From the NCBI GenBank assembly GCA_965218695.1, contig OZ244651.1, forward strand, positions 1,344,001-1,408,000: a stretch of DNA of 64,000 nucleotides, in the 5' to 3' direction. The first letter of the stretch is position 1. Each line of letters starts with the position of its first letter. The stretch comes from Nitrosopumilus sp. (GTDB taxonomy: Archaea > Thermoproteota > Nitrososphaeria > Nitrososphaerales > Nitrosopumilaceae). Below, one piece after another: positions 60,060 through 64,000 of this stretch. Below the pieces are notes generated by a model. The model had not been told where the DNA came from. It made no database searches and worked only from the letters and a program-made list of their open reading frames with translations. A program made the position numbers and the translations under genes.

Positions 60060-61306
60060 CAGCTAAGCGAAATGTGCTTTGATCTAGGCAAAATCTGACA
60101 AGAATGCAAGCAGATCAATAAGGGTACGGCCCTATGGTTTTTGTTGTCTAGACAAAAAACCAAGCAGGGCCGCGATCTACTGAACAATCCAAGAATATAT
60201 CAAGATGTCGCAAGCGGCATGAAAAACATGCTTGCCTGCGCCAACACGTCAAACAGGTACAATGCGGTATTTGGAACAGACGATCTAAATCACGGCATGC
60301 TGAGGGGAGCCACCATGGATTCGTCCGTAGGCGGGTGCGCAAACGCGGTAAAGCGCACGCACTGCGACGCTCCCTCCGACAGGTGGCATGCATCGGCAAT
60401 CAAGGGGATGGAGCAGGGCACGGTTCAGCGCGCATTCGAAGAAATGGTGGCAGTGCAACTTGACACATTCAAAAAACTGGGCAAATTCCCAAAAGAAGGA
60501 CTGGACATCGCAATCGACATGCACCTCATACCGCGTTATGACCGGGCACCCGGAGGGGAGCTGACCCGTTCCAAATACAAAAACGGAACCACGTATTTTG
60601 AGCGTTACATGACAGCCCAGTGCGTAAACGACAAGATGCGCATGGTCCTTGCAGCATCATACCTCAAAAGGCTCGAATTCGTGCCTGATTACGTGGATGC
60701 AGTCCTCAAGACCATGGCAGGGATGGGCATCAGGATCCGCCTGGCGCTGCTTGACCGGGAATTCTTCTCAGTCGACACGATAAGCAGGCTGCGGGCAAAC
60801 GGCGTAAGGTACCTGATGCCGTGCAGGAACACGCCCAACGTGGTGGAAGCCCTGCAGGATTTTGCACAAGGAAAGAGGGAAAGGATCTCAACAAACGTGA
60901 TTGAGAACAACCAGGGCTCCGTCGAATATTCCATGATAATAACTGAAAGAAAAAACGCCAAAGACCCTGATGTCCCGGAAGAGAAATACATCGGGTTTGC
61001 AACAAACCACCCCACAATCAAGACGGAGGCTTATGCCAAAAGATGGGGAATAGAGACCGGGTACGGTAAAATCGAGGAGTGCAGGGCCAAGACGCGGATT
61101 TCGGACATGGAATCGCGGATGTTGTGTTTTTACTATTCCCTAACATTGTACAATGAATGGATAATCGTCAGGGCAATGCTTTCTGACGGTACCGAAAGGC
61201 AGAGTGTCATGACCATGCTCACGTTCAAGGTGCAGTTGGAATCACTCCTCATACGCCAGTCCAAACCGCCTACCTGATCTCAGATGAGGCACTTTTCGCT
61301 TAGCTG
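60060..61306 (+). mobile_element. ISH3-family element B, copy 2 (intact)
   Basis: Same TIRs as copy 1; flanking 5-mers do not match (gtccc vs acatt). Confidence 0.9.
60141..61277 (+). CDS. ISH3 transposase B
   Basis: AIDMHLIPRYD, LDREFFS, YAKRWGIETGYG. Confidence 0.9.
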   Translation: MLSRQKTKQGRDLLNNPRIYQDVASGMKNMLACANTSNRYNAVFGTDDLNHGMLRGATMDSSVGGCANAVKRTHCDAPSDRWHASAIKGMEQGTVQRAFEEMVAVQLDTFKKLGKFPKEGLDIAIDMHLIPRYDRAPGGELTRSKYKNGTTYFERYMTAQCVNDKMRMVLAASYLKRLEFVPDYVDAVLKTMAGMGIRIRLALLDREFFSVDTISRLRANGVRYLMPCRNTPNVVEALQDFAQGKRERISTNVIENNQGSVEYSMIITERKNAKDPDVPEEKYIGFATNHPTIKTEAYAKRWGIETGYGKIEECRAKTRISDMESRMLCFYYSLTLYNEWIIVRAMLSDGTERQSVMTMLTFKVQLESLLIRQSKPPT

Positions 61307-61896
61307 ACATTGGAAACCATGGTGTCGTCATCTACAATCATATTCATTGTATAAATGCCCCCAAAGGAGGCAAATTCCGCATCAGATACTTTTTCGTCCA
61401 GCCAAAGGTTTGCTATGATTTTGTAGCCAATAATGACAATGCTGTTTTCTGGTTTTGCATCAATTGTTACGCCAAAAAGGTTTTGGATACGATCTGCAAA
61501 ATGGAATATTCCGGTAATATACGACACGTTGAATCCGGTGTTGTATTCACCGTTATCAGATGTCAGGCCCAGCAGGGTAATTTTGTCAGGATGTGGCACG
61601 TACGCGTCAGAATATGGCAGATCGTAAGAACTCACAAGTATGGTGCCGGTCAGTTCGCCATAATAGATTTCTATGATCTCGACTGTCGTAACATATTTGG
61701 TGGGACAATATTGGCTGCAATCACCTACGGATGTCTGCTGCTGGTCCGTTGTTCTGCCCAGAATTATTGTTTCCACATCAGGAGTACTAAACGGCGGAAA
61801 AATTCTCGCATCTGCACTGTTGGTCGTTGAAAGTGAAAGTGACAGAATTGTCAAAAAAGCTACTGCAAAAACCTCTGGATATTTCATCTTATTCAT
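61300..61896 (-). CDS. Low-GC secreted hypothetical protein, probably 3'-truncated by ISH3-B
   Basis: Signal peptide MNKMKYPEVFAVAFLTILSLSLSTTNSADA; ANLWLDEKVSDAEF anchor-like motif; stop lies inside the IS end. Confidence 0.6.
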   Translation of the reverse strand: MNKMKYPEVFAVAFLTILSLSLSTTNSADARIFPPFSTPDVETIILGRTTDQQQTSVGDCSQYCPTKYVTTVEIIEIYYGELTGTILVSSYDLPYSDAYVPHPDKITLLGLTSDNGEYNTGFNVSYITGIFHFADRIQNLFGVTIDAKPENSIVIIGYKIIANLWLDEKVSDAEFASFGGIYTMNMIVDDDTMVSNVS

Positions 61897-62266
61897 GGCA
61901 CATGGTGTTGCCCGCATCTTCCTCAAAAAAGTAGTGCTACGCTTAAAGATCACGTGAAACTGGGCCAAAAACACGGTGTCACTACAAACGTGGTGTTCTT
62001 TAAGGACGTCCTCCGTGCGTACGGGCAAAACGCATGCAGGTCTGAACCACTGGAGAACTGGATTCTTGACAACCAGCACAAGGAACTGGAACCGCCGCAC
62101 GAAGACTAGTGGTTAGATTACATTCAGATCATAAAGTGAACTTGGGGGAAAGGAGTATTCCTGGACGTCTGCGCGGCAAGCCGTAGAACTGCAATGATTG
62201 AAAATGTTCTGATTTTACGCATATTTACGCCTGGGTTTGAGGAAGGCCTGGGTGCATGCTCGATGT

Positions 62267-63558
62267 CAGTCTTCCCAGAAGTAGCTCAGGGTAGCACCGG
62301 CGGCGGGGGCTCCGGCGGCTCTTTGTAGCCAAATACGATCAGCAACAGCAGCATGTCCCTGAGATCCTGTTGGGTGATCGGGGGATCCGTGGGATAAATC
62401 CCGGTAACGTGCATCAGCGTTGCGTTTGCCATTACCCAAGCGTTAAAGACGGCTACAGAGTACACAAAGCACAAAAGTCGCGCCATCGGGTTCTTGCTGT
62501 GCGTCTTGGCCCTTGTGTTTTCTATCATCCGGTATCCAGTCTCTATGCCCCACCTGTTCCCGTACGAGTCCGGATCCACGTCGGGGACGTTGGTGGCAAA
62601 CCCGATGTATTTCTCGTGCGGCAGCAGCTCGTCGTCGTCCTTTCTTTTCTTCCTCTTCTTCCTTTCTGTGATGGTCATCGTATACGACACCTCCCTGCCA
62701 TCTCCCCCGACGATGACGGATTTGGAGACGCGGCCGCGCCTGCCTGTAGCAAACTCTGCGATGGCATCCACCACAGTATCCGTATTCTTGCATGGTATCA
62801 GATATTTGATGCCCATGTCCCCAAGCGTCCCCATTACGTCTGCCGTAAAGAACTCCCTGTCCAGCATCGCCATTCCGATGCAGGCCCCCACGTCCCGTGC
62901 AGAGCCGATGATTTTACGCACGAAATCGGCAGTATCCTCAAGTGACGGCATGTTCAGGACGCCTAACACGAGGCGAAGGTTCTGAACCGTGGACTGTATC
63001 GTGATGTACCTCTCAAAGACGTGTGTCCCGTCCTTGGCCTTTGAGCGCACCAGTTCTGCCCCGTAGCTCTTGTCGTATCTGGGTATCAGGTGCATGTCGA
63101 TTGCCAAGTCAATCTCCTGGTCTTTCTTGAGCAGTCTCATCTTGCGCATCTGGTCAAGCTGCAGGACGACTGTCTTGGCAAAGCATTTGTAGACGTCGCT
63201 GCCACGCGTCCGGGATGCCGCATCGCGCATCCACTCATCACTTGGGCGTGAGTCCCCGTCTGCACCGCCGATTCTCTTGGAGGACCTGGTGCATCCGGCC
63301 ACCTGCCTGCCGTGCGCACATGCGCCTGCCATGCTTCTGTGAAAATCCTCGGTGCCGTAGATGGCATTGTGCCTGTGTGAGACCATGATGCACGGGGACA
63401 TGCCTGCCCCTACCGTGTCCAGAACATCTTGATATATGCGTGGGTTGTTAAGCAAGTCGCGTCTCAGTTGGTTCATTGGTAGTTCGATGACCTTCTGAGA
63501 TTGCCCTAATTGATCTGTTTTGATTTTGGGCTGTTTTCAGGTACTTCTGGGAAGACTG
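62267..63558 (-). mobile_element. ISH3-family element C
   Basis: Perfect 17-bp TIR cagtcttcccagaagta; 5-bp TSD GATGT. Confidence 0.93.
62286..63476 (-). CDS. ISH3 transposase C
   Basis: AIDMHLIPRYD, LDREFFT, YGNRWGIETGYR. Confidence 0.92.
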   Translation of the reverse strand: MNQLRRDLLNNPRIYQDVLDTVGAGMSPCIMVSHRHNAIYGTEDFHRSMAGACAHGRQVAGCTRSSKRIGGADGDSRPSDEWMRDAASRTRGSDVYKCFAKTVVLQLDQMRKMRLLKKDQEIDLAIDMHLIPRYDKSYGAELVRSKAKDGTHVFERYITIQSTVQNLRLVLGVLNMPSLEDTADFVRKIIGSARDVGACIGMAMLDREFFTADVMGTLGDMGIKYLIPCKNTDTVVDAIAEFATGRRGRVSKSVIVGGDGREVSYTMTITERKKRKKRKDDDELLPHEKYIGFATNVPDVDPDSYGNRWGIETGYRMIENTRAKTHSKNPMARLLCFVYSVAVFNAWVMANATLMHVTGIYPTDPPITQQDLRDMLLLLIVFGYKEPPEPPPPVLP

Positions 63559-63602
63559 GATGTATAGGTTAGTTTTTATTTTTGGAGCCACAACCGGTTA
63601 TC

Positions 63603-63986
63603 ATGCAAGGGTTTAACGTACCGGGGGCCCTGTATCAGCAGAAATGCGCCCAGCTTTTACAGGAGAGCGAGATGCGCTTTGCAGGAATAGTTGACAAGGA
63701 GGGCGCGCTCGTGGCCGGAGGATTCAAGAAGACCATAGCGCCGTACGAAAAGGACGAGACCAACCTGCAGTCCTTCTTCAAGTTCATCTCGAAGATATCC
63801 ATCAGGCATGACTACGACGAGAGCCTGGGGCCAATCAACTACCTTGCGGCGCGGCGCGACAAGGTCATATTGATAGCATTCCCATTCCCGGTGTCGAAGA
63901 TAGTCCTTTTGATATCCGCAGAACCTACCGTCAGCATCGAGGAGACAGCAGAAAAGGTGGTACGCATATTCACGGACTCGAAATAA
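63603..63986 (+). CDS. Roadblock/profilin-like small thaumarchaeal protein
   Basis: MRFAGIVDKEGALVAGG...YDESLGPINY...LLISAEP pattern. Confidence 0.75.
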   Translation: MQGFNVPGALYQQKCAQLLQESEMRFAGIVDKEGALVAGGFKKTIAPYEKDETNLQSFFKFISKISIRHDYDESLGPINYLAARRDKVILIAFPFPVSKIVLLISAEPTVSIEETAEKVVRIFTDSK

Positions 63987-64000
63987 CTGCAAGGGGAGAG

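Noticed and set aside
45825-61306. One large composite transposon carrying the kinase pair, suf and pgk
   Set aside because: Each IS66 copy and ISH3-B copy 1 has its own TSD and the junctions differ; no shared outer TSD, so these are independent insertions
1-64000. CRISPR array, cas genes, rRNA, prophage
   Set aside because: No regularly spaced repeat-spacer structure, cas-like ORFs, rRNA-like stretch or viral hallmark genes seen

Overview
Archaeal chromosomal DNA from an ammonia-oxidising archaeon (Nitrosopumilaceae-type gene set), relatively GC-rich and IS-rich. That profile fits a host-associated lineage such as a sponge symbiont, but this is inference. Core genes include Nob1, NAD kinase, rhodanese, ferredoxin, GT2, CPA2 antiporter, uL16/L10e, endA, tRNA-Gly(GCC), tRNA-Glu(CTC), hemL-hemC-cobA-hemD, sufB-sufD-Rieske-sufS-sufU and pgk. 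A large phosphate/arsenic block contains pstS, an AbrB-PhoU regulator, pstCAB, phoU and arsR/arsC/aquaporin, followed by sixA-ppx and two tandem thymidylate-kinase-like genes. That pair is most likely a heteromeric (family-3-type) polyphosphate kinase, giving a complete polyP module. Ten IS elements (2 IS630, 4 IS66, 4 ISH3) occupy about 14.3 kb (~22%), and their ends and target duplications can be read directly. Main findings are: the polyP module; an IS66 that twice landed at the same ISH3 end; an ISH3 that apparently moved using an extra, diverged outer end; and a 44-aa metallothionein-like ORF. All family assignments come from motif recognition, not database searches.
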